From positions 5,578 through 69,577 of the forward strand of contig DASQGL010000028.1 in the NCBI GenBank assembly GCA_035632635.1: DNA of 64,000 nt, read 5' to 3'. The DNA comes from Candidatus Limnocylindrales bacterium. Its GTDB lineage: Bacteria; Chloroflexota; Dormibacteria; CF-121. This document shows, piece after piece, positions 18,842 to 27,045 of this stretch. Under the pieces are notes generated by a model. That model did no database searches and was not told the origin of the DNA. It worked only from the letters and a program-made list of their open reading frames with translations. The position numbers and the translations under genes are program-made. Within the stretch, counting starts at the first letter, position 1. Each line of letters begins with the position of its first letter.

Positions 18842-19647
18842 CGAACCCCACCCCGGACCGGAATCCGGCCGATGAGCTCCTCGCCGAGCGCCGCGGCAGC
18901 GTGCACTGGCTCACCTTCAACCGGCCGCAGGCCCGCAACGCGCTGACCTGGCGCATGTACGACCGCCTCGTCGAAGAGTGCGACGCCGTCAATCGCGATC
19001 GATCGGTGCGCGCCATGGTGCTGACCGGCGCCGGCGGCCAGGCCTTCGTGGCAGGCACGGACATCGCGCAGTTTCGGGACTTCGCCAGCGAGCGCGATGC
19101 GCTCGACTACGAAGCCCGCGGCAGCGAGGTGATGCGGGCGATCGAATCGGTTCGGGTGCCGACCATCGCGGCGATCGCGGGCGCGTGCACCGGCGCCGGA
19201 GGGGCGATTGCGGCCGCCTGCGACCTGCGCATCGCGGCCGCCTCCGCCCGCTACGGATTCCCGATCGCACGGACACTCGGGAACTGCCTGTCGATGTCGA
19301 ACTATGCTCGCGTCAGCGCGCTGGTCGGCGTCGCCCGGCTCAAGGACCTGATCTTCCGGGCTCGGCTGATGGACGCCCAGGAGATGCTCGCCGCGGGCAT
19401 GCTGATCGAGGTGACTCCGGACGAATCCTCCCTGCTCATCCGGGCCCAGGAGGTCGCTCTCGAGGTCGGCTCGCACGCCCCGCTGACGCTCTGGGCCACG
19501 AAGGAGGCGCTCCGCCGCCTTCGCGATCACACCATCCCCCCGGACGCCGACCGGGACCTGATCGTGCGCTGCTACCTGTCGCGGGACTTCAAGGAGGGCG
19601 TCGAGGCATTCCTCGCCAAGCGGAAGCCGGTCTGGACGGGCGAGTGA
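18838..19647 (+). CDS. Enoyl-CoA hydratase/isomerase (crotonase family)
   Basis: Crotonase fold with FVAGTDI, the oxyanion-hole region and the EGVEAFLAKRKPVW C-terminus; 4-nt overlap with the upstream gene. Confidence 0.8.
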   Translation: MTNPTPDRNPADELLAERRGSVHWLTFNRPQARNALTWRMYDRLVEECDAVNRDRSVRAMVLTGAGGQAFVAGTDIAQFRDFASERDALDYEARGSEVMRAIESVRVPTIAAIAGACTGAGGAIAAACDLRIAAASARYGFPIARTLGNCLSMSNYARVSALVGVARLKDLIFRARLMDAQEMLAAGMLIEVTPDESSLLIRAQEVALEVGSHAPLTLWATKEALRRLRDHTIPPDADRDLIVRCYLSRDFKEGVEAFLAKRKPVWTGE

Positions 19648-20313
19648 TCAGGAGAGCGTGACCGGGCGACCGACGATCGGCAGGTGCGCGCCGTATTGCA
19701 GCACGAGCGGGGCCAGCCGGCTCCCCTTGAGTTGCGGGCGCAGCTGCTGCTCGTACCAGGCGAGCGCCTCGGCGTACTGGCCCAGCGCCGCGAATGGAAC
19801 CGGGTGCACCGCCGCTACCGAGCTCAGCCGGGAGAGTTGACCGGGGTCGAGGAAGCCGCTCGCCTCCGGATACTGGCTCAGGAGGGTCTGGGTCGCCGCC
19901 ATCTGCGTCGACCCGATGCTCAGGGCGGTCGTGATCGGGGTCAGGACGCGGTCCGCGCCCGCCATCGCCACCAGCACGACGTAGACGATCACGCCGGCGA
20001 GCGCCCCATGGACCGCGGCGCCGACCACCTTGTCCGCCTGGCGGGCAAGCGGGAGCCGAAAGGTCGCGCCCAGGAGCGTGCGACCGACCACCCCGGTGGC
20101 CAGGCCGATGACACCGGGCAGGGCGACCAGCGCCATCGGTCGCGGGATGCTCGGCGGGAGGATCGCGTCGAGGATGGCGGGATGCCTGGCGACGATCCAG
20201 AACGTGATCAGGAAGCCGGCCTCCGCCAGCAGCGGGCCGATCAACCCCCGGCTCCACCCGAGCAGCACGCCCAGCAGGATCAGGCCGACGATGCCGACGT
20301 CGATCAGGTTCAC
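19648..20313 (-). CDS. cvpA: CvpA-family membrane protein
   Basis: About 220 aa with 4 TM helices and N-terminus MNLIDVGIVGLILLGVLLGWSRG typical of CvpA. Confidence 0.6.
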   Translation of the reverse strand: MNLIDVGIVGLILLGVLLGWSRGLIGPLLAEAGFLITFWIVARHPAILDAILPPSIPRPMALVALPGVIGLATGVVGRTLLGATFRLPLARQADKVVGAAVHGALAGVIVYVVLVAMAGADRVLTPITTALSIGSTQMAATQTLLSQYPEASGFLDPGQLSRLSSVAAVHPVPFAALGQYAEALAWYEQQLRPQLKGSRLAPLVLQYGAHLPIVGRPVTLS

Positions 20314-20388
20314 GGCGTCCCCACCCCTCTCGGCACGATGGTCGCATGGTAGCGGGTGGGCGCCGCGCTGTCCAGCGCGGTCGCGCGG

Positions 20389-21129
20389 TCAGGCGTGCGC
20401 GAAGACCAGGCTGAACTCCATCGTCACGTTGGGTTGGACGCTGACGAAGTTGGCGATGCTCGGGGGCGTCATCCCGAAGTCGGCGAAGGGGAACGCGATC
20501 GACCCGGCGACCGCGATCTGCGAGCCGCTGAGTCGGGCCTGCATCGGGATCGTCACCGACCGCGTCACGCCATGGATCGTCAGGTTGCCCACTGCCGAGA
20601 CCGTGACCGTCTGCCCGCCAGCCGCTTGGCTCGGCAGGGCGACCGGGCTCGAGAGGGTGAAGGTGGCGTTTGGATACCGGTCGCTTTCCAGCCCCATGGT
20701 GTGGATGCGCTGGTCGCGCATGGCGCGATCGCTGGTCAGGGTGCTCACGTTCACGGTAAACGCTCCGGCACTGACCTGGTAGCTGGAGCTCGTCCGGACG
20801 ATGGTGACCGAACCCTGGATGGCCGCGGTGCGCCCAACCGCGTCGGTCAACGCCGGGGCGAAGCCAAGCTGTTCGCGCACGCGGTACCCGGCCTGGGAGC
20901 CGGTCGCAACGGTCCAGACTCCGGTCGTCGCCTGGGTCGCAGCCGGCGAGGCGGACGCTGCCGTGCCAGTTGACGCGCTGGCCGAGGTCGTCGAGCCGGC
21001 GCTACTCAAGGTCAAACGGGCGGGAGAGCTTCCCCCGATCAGCACGAAATACACGAAGGCGAGTCCGACCGCGCCAAGGAGGGTGACGCCGGAGATCAGC
21101 GCGGCGAGTCGCAGTCGCATGCTGATCAT
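20389..21129 (-). CDS. YceI-family polyisoprenoid-binding protein with signal anchor and Ser/Thr/Ala-rich linker
   Basis: C-terminal beta-barrel motif IHGVTRSVTIPMQA. Confidence 0.6.
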   Translation of the reverse strand: MISMRLRLAALISGVTLLGAVGLAFVYFVLIGGSSPARLTLSSAGSTTSASASTGTAASASPAATQATTGVWTVATGSQAGYRVREQLGFAPALTDAVGRTAAIQGSVTIVRTSSSYQVSAGAFTVNVSTLTSDRAMRDQRIHTMGLESDRYPNATFTLSSPVALPSQAAGGQTVTVSAVGNLTIHGVTRSVTIPMQARLSGSQIAVAGSIAFPFADFGMTPPSIANFVSVQPNVTMEFSLVFAHA

Positions 21130-21276
21130 TGTGGCCCCGAGGACCTTTCAGAAGCGTGACGATCCTGCAAGTGGTCGTGGACTGTCACGACCCCGATCGC
21201 ATTGATCTCAACGTCCGGTGAGGGTGGACGAAGAGGGCCGCCCGATGGGCGGCCCTCTGCTGGCGGACGGAGGTGA

Positions 21277-22092
21277 CTAGCAGCGCGGCAGACCGGGGCT
21301 GAATGTGCGGACCGCCGGAGTGGTCGTGTAGTAGTCGCTGACGTACGCCCCATTGCTGAGCCGGTCCCAGATTGGGTCGCGGTTGATGACGCTCGATGAC
21401 CTCGTCTGGCAGACGATCATGATCCGTGCGCCGTTCCCAAGGAACCCGATGGTCTGAGCGCGGGTCGACGGGCCCGACCGCATGCGGAGGAAGTCGGTCG
21501 TGCGGTATGGATGGCCGGCCGTGGGGAAGAACGCCGCCACCGGCTGTGAGGGCGGCTGGGGCTGGGGCGCCGGCGCGCTTCCCGCGGGCACGAAGTGGAT
21601 GTAGCGAGGCGCCTGGGTGACGCGCGTGCCGTAGCGGAGGTAGTTCGACCAGTTGTACTCCTCGACGGTCGCGTTGGCACCGTTGACCCCGATGACGTAG
21701 GCGACATGGCCGCCCCACCAGGCGTGATCCTCACCGCCATGCCAGACGGCGATCGCACCCACGGACGGATGGGTGTCGACGACGAAGCCGACCGCTGCCG
21801 CCGCGGCATCCCAGTTTCCCCCATTGCCGAATCTGGCGGTGCGGCCGTTGGGACCGCGGAGTGCGGCGCCGTGGAAGACGACGCCGTGCTGGCTCAAACG
21901 CCAGGCGGCAAACGAGGTGCAATACCCCGTATAGAAGCCCCACGGGTCGACGATGTTCGGGCGACCCCGAAACGGATAGTCGTCCCCGCTCGCCGAAGCG
22001 GTCATCACGGGAATCCCCACCAAGAGGACCGCCGTCGAGAGGACGGCGACAAGCGTCTTCTGGACACTGAACCAGGTCGACGGAGTCTTCAT
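21277..22092 (-). CDS. Secreted CHAP-domain peptidoglycan hydrolase with C-terminal bacterial SH3 domain
   Basis: Signal peptide, CHAP catalytic Cys and His region (GYCTSFAAWRL...GHVAYV), a Pro/Gln linker, and an SH3b-like C-terminus (RMRSGPSTRAQTIGFLGNGARIMIV). Confidence 0.65.
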   Translation of the reverse strand: MKTPSTWFSVQKTLVAVLSTAVLLVGIPVMTASASGDDYPFRGRPNIVDPWGFYTGYCTSFAAWRLSQHGVVFHGAALRGPNGRTARFGNGGNWDAAAAAVGFVVDTHPSVGAIAVWHGGEDHAWWGGHVAYVIGVNGANATVEEYNWSNYLRYGTRVTQAPRYIHFVPAGSAPAPQPQPPSQPVAAFFPTAGHPYRTTDFLRMRSGPSTRAQTIGFLGNGARIMIVCQTRSSSVINRDPIWDRLSNGAYVSDYYTTTPAVRTFSPGLPRC

Positions 22093-22303
22093 CAGCCTTG
22101 TGCTCCCTCACCATCGCGCGCGTTGCGCGGTAATCCGGCTCCCCAGCCTGTGCCGGTGTAACGGCGGTCAAGGGCTGCGGTCCTTCAGGTCTGCACCGAT
22201 CGTTGACAAGCCTTTCCGCGATGCGCGCCAGGCTGTGACGAACTCGTGACGGCGGCGAACCGTCGATGCATGGCAGAGGCCGAATCCCGTTAAGCTAGCC
22301 CCC

Positions 22304-22897
22304 GTGTTTCGGCGGAAGCCACCGCCGCCGCCCTCGGACCGGTGGCTCGTGATCGGGCTCGGCAATCCCGGGCCTCAGTATGCCGGCACCCGTCACAATC
22401 TCGGTTTCCTTATCGTCGACGAGCTTGCCGCCCGCCATCGGACTTCGATCAGCACGCGAGCAGCGAAATCACTGACGGGCCGGATCCAGGTGGGATCTCG
22501 GGAGGTGATCGTGGCCAAGCCGCAGACCTTCATGAACGAGTCGGGGGCGGCCGCGAAGGCGCTCCGCGACAAATACGGCGTCCCCCTGGAGCGGACGCTG
22601 GTCGTGCACGACGAGCTCGACCTGCCATTCGGCCGCCTTCGCGTGCGGCGTGATGGAAGCGCGGCGGGCCACAACGGGGTCAAGTCCCTGATCGACGGGT
22701 ACGGCACGAAGAACTTCATTCGTTTTCGGATCGGCGTCGGGCGCCCGGTCGGCAGCGGGATGGACTACCTGCTCAGCCCGTTCACGCCCGAGGAACGCGC
22801 GGCGCTGCCGCCGATCGTCGCACACGCCGCGGACGCCGTGATCTTCGCTCTCGAGCACGGCCTCGACCGGACGATGACGGAATTCAACCGGGGTTGA
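22304..22897 (+). CDS. pth: Peptidyl-tRNA hydrolase; the true start may be downstream of 22304
   Basis: LVIGLGNPGPQYAGTRHNLGF, ...HNG and the overall Pth length. Confidence 0.8.
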   Translation: MFRRKPPPPPSDRWLVIGLGNPGPQYAGTRHNLGFLIVDELAARHRTSISTRAAKSLTGRIQVGSREVIVAKPQTFMNESGAAAKALRDKYGVPLERTLVVHDELDLPFGRLRVRRDGSAAGHNGVKSLIDGYGTKNFIRFRIGVGRPVGSGMDYLLSPFTPEERAALPPIVAHAADAVIFALEHGLDRTMTEFNRG

Positions 22898-23970
22898 GCG
22901 TGAACGGGCTCAGCTGGGTGCAAATCGGGGCCGGGTTCGCGCTGCTGCTCGTCGTCTTCGCCGACCTCTTCCAGTCGGTCGTCCTGCCCCGACCGGCGGT
23001 CAACAAGTTCGCGCTGGTGCGTTACCTGCTGCGCGGCGTGTGGCGTGCGTGGCGATGGGTGGGATCCCTGATGCGCAGCGTCGCTCGCCGAGAGGGCTGG
23101 CTGGCGGTCTTCGGACCGATCGGGGTCCTGCTCCAGTTCGGCGTCTGGGCAGCCGGCCTCGTCCTCGGCTACGCCCTCGTCTTCGACGGGCTTCGCACGC
23201 AGATGCATCCGGCGATCGATTCCTTCGGCAGCGCGCTCTACTTCTCCGCAACCACGCTCGTACCGCTCAGCTACGGCGACCTGGTTCCGATCGGGATCGC
23301 AGCGCGGGTCGTGACCATCGGCGAGAGCGCCACCGGCGTCTTCCTGGCCGCCCTGGCGATCACCCTGCTGTTCTCGCTCTACGCGGCGTTCCAGGAGCGC
23401 GAGGAGCTGGTGGTCACGCTCGACGCCATGGCGGGGGCGCCGCCCTCCGGCGTACGGATCCTGGAGACCGCCGCGGAGCACGGAATGCGCCGCGAGCTGA
23501 CCGAAACGTTCGACGAGTGGCGGCACTGGGCGGCGGCCGTCCTGGAGAGCCACCTCGCCTATCCGATCCTGCTCTTCTTTCGCTCGAGCCACGACAACGA
23601 GGCGTGGCTCAACTCGTTCGGCGCCGTCATGGACGCCGCCATCCTGGTGATCAGCACGATCGACGACGAATCCGAAGGACCCGCCCAGTTGATGCTGACC
23701 GTGGGCAACCATCTCGTCGAGGACATCTCCTGGTACTTTCGGCTGCGCGCCTCCAGGGACCCGTACGTCGAGCGCCAGGAGTTCGATGAGGCGCTCCAGC
23801 GACTCGCCCGGGCCGGCTATCACTGCCGGCGACGGGAGACTGCCTGGGAAGCGTTCGTGGCCTTGCGGGCGCGCTACGCCTTCCCGCTGAACCAGCTGGC
23901 CAAACGGCTCGCGATCATCCCGGCCCAGTGGATCGGTGACCGATCGTACCTCCCGCATCGCGAGCGATGA
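22894..23970 (+). CDS. Two-TM potassium-channel-like ion transport protein with a cytoplasmic C-terminal domain
   Basis: TM1, pore helix and a selectivity-filter-like TTLVPLSYGDL, then TM2; 4-nt overlap with pth. Confidence 0.55.
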   Translation: MSVNGLSWVQIGAGFALLLVVFADLFQSVVLPRPAVNKFALVRYLLRGVWRAWRWVGSLMRSVARREGWLAVFGPIGVLLQFGVWAAGLVLGYALVFDGLRTQMHPAIDSFGSALYFSATTLVPLSYGDLVPIGIAARVVTIGESATGVFLAALAITLLFSLYAAFQEREELVVTLDAMAGAPPSGVRILETAAEHGMRRELTETFDEWRHWAAAVLESHLAYPILLFFRSSHDNEAWLNSFGAVMDAAILVISTIDDESEGPAQLMLTVGNHLVEDISWYFRLRASRDPYVERQEFDEALQRLARAGYHCRRRETAWEAFVALRARYAFPLNQLAKRLAIIPAQWIGDRSYLPHRER

Positions 23971-25156
23971 GGGAGATGAGCACGGCGACGCCGGTGACGG
24001 CAGTCAGCGCACCGCCCACCCAGACCGCCGTACCCGGTCCCCATCGATGGGCGATCACGCCGGCAAAGACGTTGCCGAACGGCGTCGTGCCGATGAAGAT
24101 CGTCGAGTACACGCTCATCATCCTCCCCTGCATCCGATCGGGCGCGAGGATCTGGACCACCGTGTTCGTGCCAATCGAGTAGACGGCGAAGCTCCACCCG
24201 ATCACGAGTAGCACCGCGACCGCCTGCCAGAAGGTTGGGCCAATGGCGAAGAGCAGCTCGACGGCGCCAAAGAAGATGCCGGCCAGGATGATCCGGCGCG
24301 GCTCCAGCAAGGATCGGCCTGCCACCGTCATCGTCAAGGCGCCGGTGAAGGCGCCGAGCCCCTGGGCCGAGAACAGGTAACCGAGCTGATCGGCATTCGC
24401 GTGCAGCGAGACCCGAGTGAACAGCGGGAGCACGAGGGTGAAGTTCGCGCCGAAGACCGAGGCGCTCAGCAGCAGCGCGAACAGGGCGGCGAGGATAGGC
24501 TGGCGCCGGACGTAGTCCAGGCCTTCGGCGATCAGGCCGAGCGTCGTCTCGACACCGCGAGCGCGGGCGGGACGCCGGCGGATCGTGAGCAGTGCCAGGA
24601 TCACGCCCGCGTAGCTGAGGGCGTTCAACCAGAAGCACGCGGCGACGCCGCTGGACGCGATCACCAGCCCCGCGACCGCCGGACCGATGATGCGGGCCAG
24701 GTTGAAGGCCATCGAATTGAGGGCGACCGCGCTGCCCAGGTCTGCCCGGCCGACCATGCCCAGGACCGTTGCCTGCCGCGCTGGGAAGTAGAGCGCCTGG
24801 TTGATGCCCAATGCGACCGCCATGAGAAACACGATCGGCAACGTGATCACATGAGCCATGGTCAATGCGGCGTAGACGCCCGCTCCTGCCATGGAAACCG
24901 CCTGGGTGATCAGGAGCAGGTCGCGATGGACGAGCCGGTCGACGAGGGCGCCGGCGAAGAGCCCGAAGACGAGGACCGGGCCGTACTGACAGGCGCCATA
25001 GAGCGCCAGCGCCAGCGCAGAGTTGTGCGAGAGCTGGAGCACGAGCCAGGCCGCCGCCACGGATTGCATCCAGGTCCCGACGACCGAGATCGTCTGGCCG
25101 GCGTAGTAGCGGCGGAATTCCGGCGATGCGAACGCCGACGTTTGGAGAAGAGGCAA
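23915..25156 (-). CDS. MFS transporter (12 TM)
   Basis: Polytopic transporter with MFS motif-A-like GALVDR. Confidence 0.7.
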   Translation of the reverse strand: MPLLQTSAFASPEFRRYYAGQTISVVGTWMQSVAAAWLVLQLSHNSALALALYGACQYGPVLVFGLFAGALVDRLVHRDLLLITQAVSMAGAGVYAALTMAHVITLPIVFLMAVALGINQALYFPARQATVLGMVGRADLGSAVALNSMAFNLARIIGPAVAGLVIASSGVAACFWLNALSYAGVILALLTIRRRPARARGVETTLGLIAEGLDYVRRQPILAALFALLLSASVFGANFTLVLPLFTRVSLHANADQLGYLFSAQGLGAFTGALTMTVAGRSLLEPRRIILAGIFFGAVELLFAIGPTFWQAVAVLLVIGWSFAVYSIGTNTVVQILAPDRMQGRMMSVYSTIFIGTTPFGNVFAGVIAHRWGPGTAVWVGGALTAVTGVAVLISLIARDAGGTIGHRSTGPG

Positions 25157-25271
25157 CCGCGGGATTCTAGTGTGCGGCCAGGGAGTCGTGCAGCCATCGT
25201 CTCCGGCTGTGGGATCCAGGAGATCCCTCTCGCCGCCGGCGGGTTCCCGGTAGGGGCGACCGGGATCGCCT

Positions 25272-25623
25272 CTAGTAGGCCAGCCCCAGGTACTCCTCGT
25301 CTCGCACGATTCGTCCGTCGCGCACCTCGATCACGCTGCAAGATGGCTGCCGGACCGGCTGTCCCGCATCCGTGTAGCGCCACTCGCCTTCGACCACCAC
25401 GGTGGACCCGTCAGCGATGACCCGTGCGGCCGTGAAGCTGATGTCCGGCGTCTTGCGGACGGCGTCCCGGGCCAGGTGCAGGAAGGCCTCGCGTCCAAGG
25501 ATCGGCGTTGGTACGCCAGGCGTCCGGTGGACGACGTCCGGATCGAGGACCGCGGCCAGAGCATCCCAGTTGCGCCCCGCAAGCGCCGCCAGCGCGCTCA
25601 GGACGACTGCTCGCGCATCGGTC
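25272..25623 (-). CDS. SnoaL-like / NTF2-like small protein
   Basis: The GTG start overlaps the dgkA stop (GTGA). About 117 aa with an NTF2-fold-like pattern (WDALAAVLDPDVVH...GSTVVVEGEWRYT). Confidence 0.45.
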
Positions 25624-26053
25624 ACGCGAAATGCAGCAGGTGGCGTCCGAAGAGCAGGACACCGACAAGCGCCGTGCCGATCGCGGTCAGCAGGACGGCG
25701 GCTGCCGCCACGTCCTTGGCCCTTCCGATCATCGGATGCTGCTGCGGCCACGCGTAGTCGATCAAGACCTCAAGTGCCGTGTTGAACAATTCCGCCGCGA
25801 TCACGATGGCAAAGCACAGCACGAGCCCCACGAACTCGAGCGCCGTGAAGCGGAAGAGCACCGCCGCCACCAGCACGACGACCGTGACCGCGAGATGGAA
25901 GCGCAAGTTCGCCTGGGTCGCGACCGCCCAGCGCAGGCCCCGTCCGGCGTGCCGGAAGCTGTAGAGGGTGCGGCGGAAATCGAGGTGGCGCGCCCGTTCC
26001 GGGTCGCCGATTGGTTGGGCGTCGTACTCCGCGTCGCGCCGATCGCTGGTCAT
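25622..26053 (-). CDS. dgkA: Diacylglycerol kinase (prokaryotic DgkA family) / undecaprenol kinase-like
   Basis: Three TM helices and the ELFNTALE catalytic motif; 4-nt overlap with ybeY. Confidence 0.75.
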   Translation of the reverse strand: MTSDRRDAEYDAQPIGDPERARHLDFRRTLYSFRHAGRGLRWAVATQANLRFHLAVTVVVLVAAVLFRFTALEFVGLVLCFAIVIAAELFNTALEVLIDYAWPQQHPMIGRAKDVAAAAVLLTAIGTALVGVLLFGRHLLHFA

Positions 26054-26574
26054 GCGCCCTTGAGGATCTGCCGGGTCAGCGCGCTCATGGTGCGCTCCTC
26101 GGTCGGCGTCGCGTGGTCATACCCCAGCAGGTGCAGGAGTCCGTGGACCGCGAGCAGGCTGACCTCCGCATTGACCGGATGCCGGGCGGCGCGCGCTTGC
26201 ACGCGCGCGCGTTCCAGCGAGATCACGATGTCGCCGAGCCAGTGCTCGGTCCCTGGCGGCGCCTGAAACCGCTGGTCCTTCGGTTTCTCCCGCGAGGCAA
26301 AGGCCAGCACGTCCGTCGGCTCATCGAGCCCACGATATCGCCGGTTGTACTCGTGAATGTGAGCGTCGCTCGTGAGCGTGACGACCGCCAGCGCATCATC
26401 TCGGATGTTGAGCAGGCGCGCTCCTGCCTGCAGGGTGCGCTCCAGTGCCTTGAGATCGACCCCCGACGCCAGCGCCGCCGGCCCCCACCGGCTCATCTGG
26501 ACCACCACCGATCGTAATCGTAGTTCACCCTTAACCGGCGCACGCATCTCGAGCTGGCCGGTCGGGCGCGTCAT
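26050..26574 (-). CDS. ybeY: rRNA maturation endoribonuclease YbeY
   Basis: HGLLHLLGYDH zinc-binding motif. Confidence 0.85.
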   Translation of the reverse strand: MTRPTGQLEMRAPVKGELRLRSVVVQMSRWGPAALASGVDLKALERTLQAGARLLNIRDDALAVVTLTSDAHIHEYNRRYRGLDEPTDVLAFASREKPKDQRFQAPPGTEHWLGDIVISLERARVQARAARHPVNAEVSLLAVHGLLHLLGYDHATPTEERTMSALTRQILKGA

Positions 26575-26598
26575 CGCCGGCGATCAGACGGCGCCGCG

Positions 26599-26943
26599 TC
26601 AGGCGGGAAGCTGCGACTTGGCGGGCGGATGGCTCAGCCGGTCCATGCGACGACCGAGCATGCGGAGCAGGATCGTCACGATCGAGAAACCGACCCAGGT
26701 CAGGAACACGAGGTAGACCCGCTCCGATCGGCCGTCACCGCCGTAGGCAAGCGAGGTCAGGATCATCAGGAGACCGAGAAGGACCAGCTCCAACCCGCTG
26801 AGCCGAACCCTGCCGGGGGCCGCCGGTTGGACCGACGGCTTGAGGAACTCGGGCATCCGAGCGGTGCAGGCGGTGAAGGCGCCGAGGATCAGAACGACCG
26901 CGGAAATCAGGTAGAGGCCAGCCAGTGGAATCGGGAAGCTCAC
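26599..26943 (-). CDS. Small hypothetical membrane protein (3 TM) inserted between ybeY and pgpH
   Basis: Hydrophobic ORF with GC3-rich codons; no recognisable family. Confidence 0.35.
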   Translation of the reverse strand: MSFPIPLAGLYLISAVVLILGAFTACTARMPEFLKPSVQPAAPGRVRLSGLELVLLGLLMILTSLAYGGDGRSERVYLVFLTWVGFSIVTILLRMLGRRMDRLSHPPAKSQLPA

Positions 26944-27045
26944 ACTGCAGATAACGCGGCCCGGCGTGAACTCTTCGGACCCGTTTCCGCAATGTGACGA
27001 ACAACCTTACGGTTGAGATCGTTTCGCGCGCGAACGGTGACGCGG

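Noticed and set aside
22204-22240. TTGACA hexamer upstream of pth as a promoter
   Set aside because: The consensus -35 is present, but no convincing -10 (TAnnnT) lies at 16-19 bp spacing, so I did not list it as a feature.
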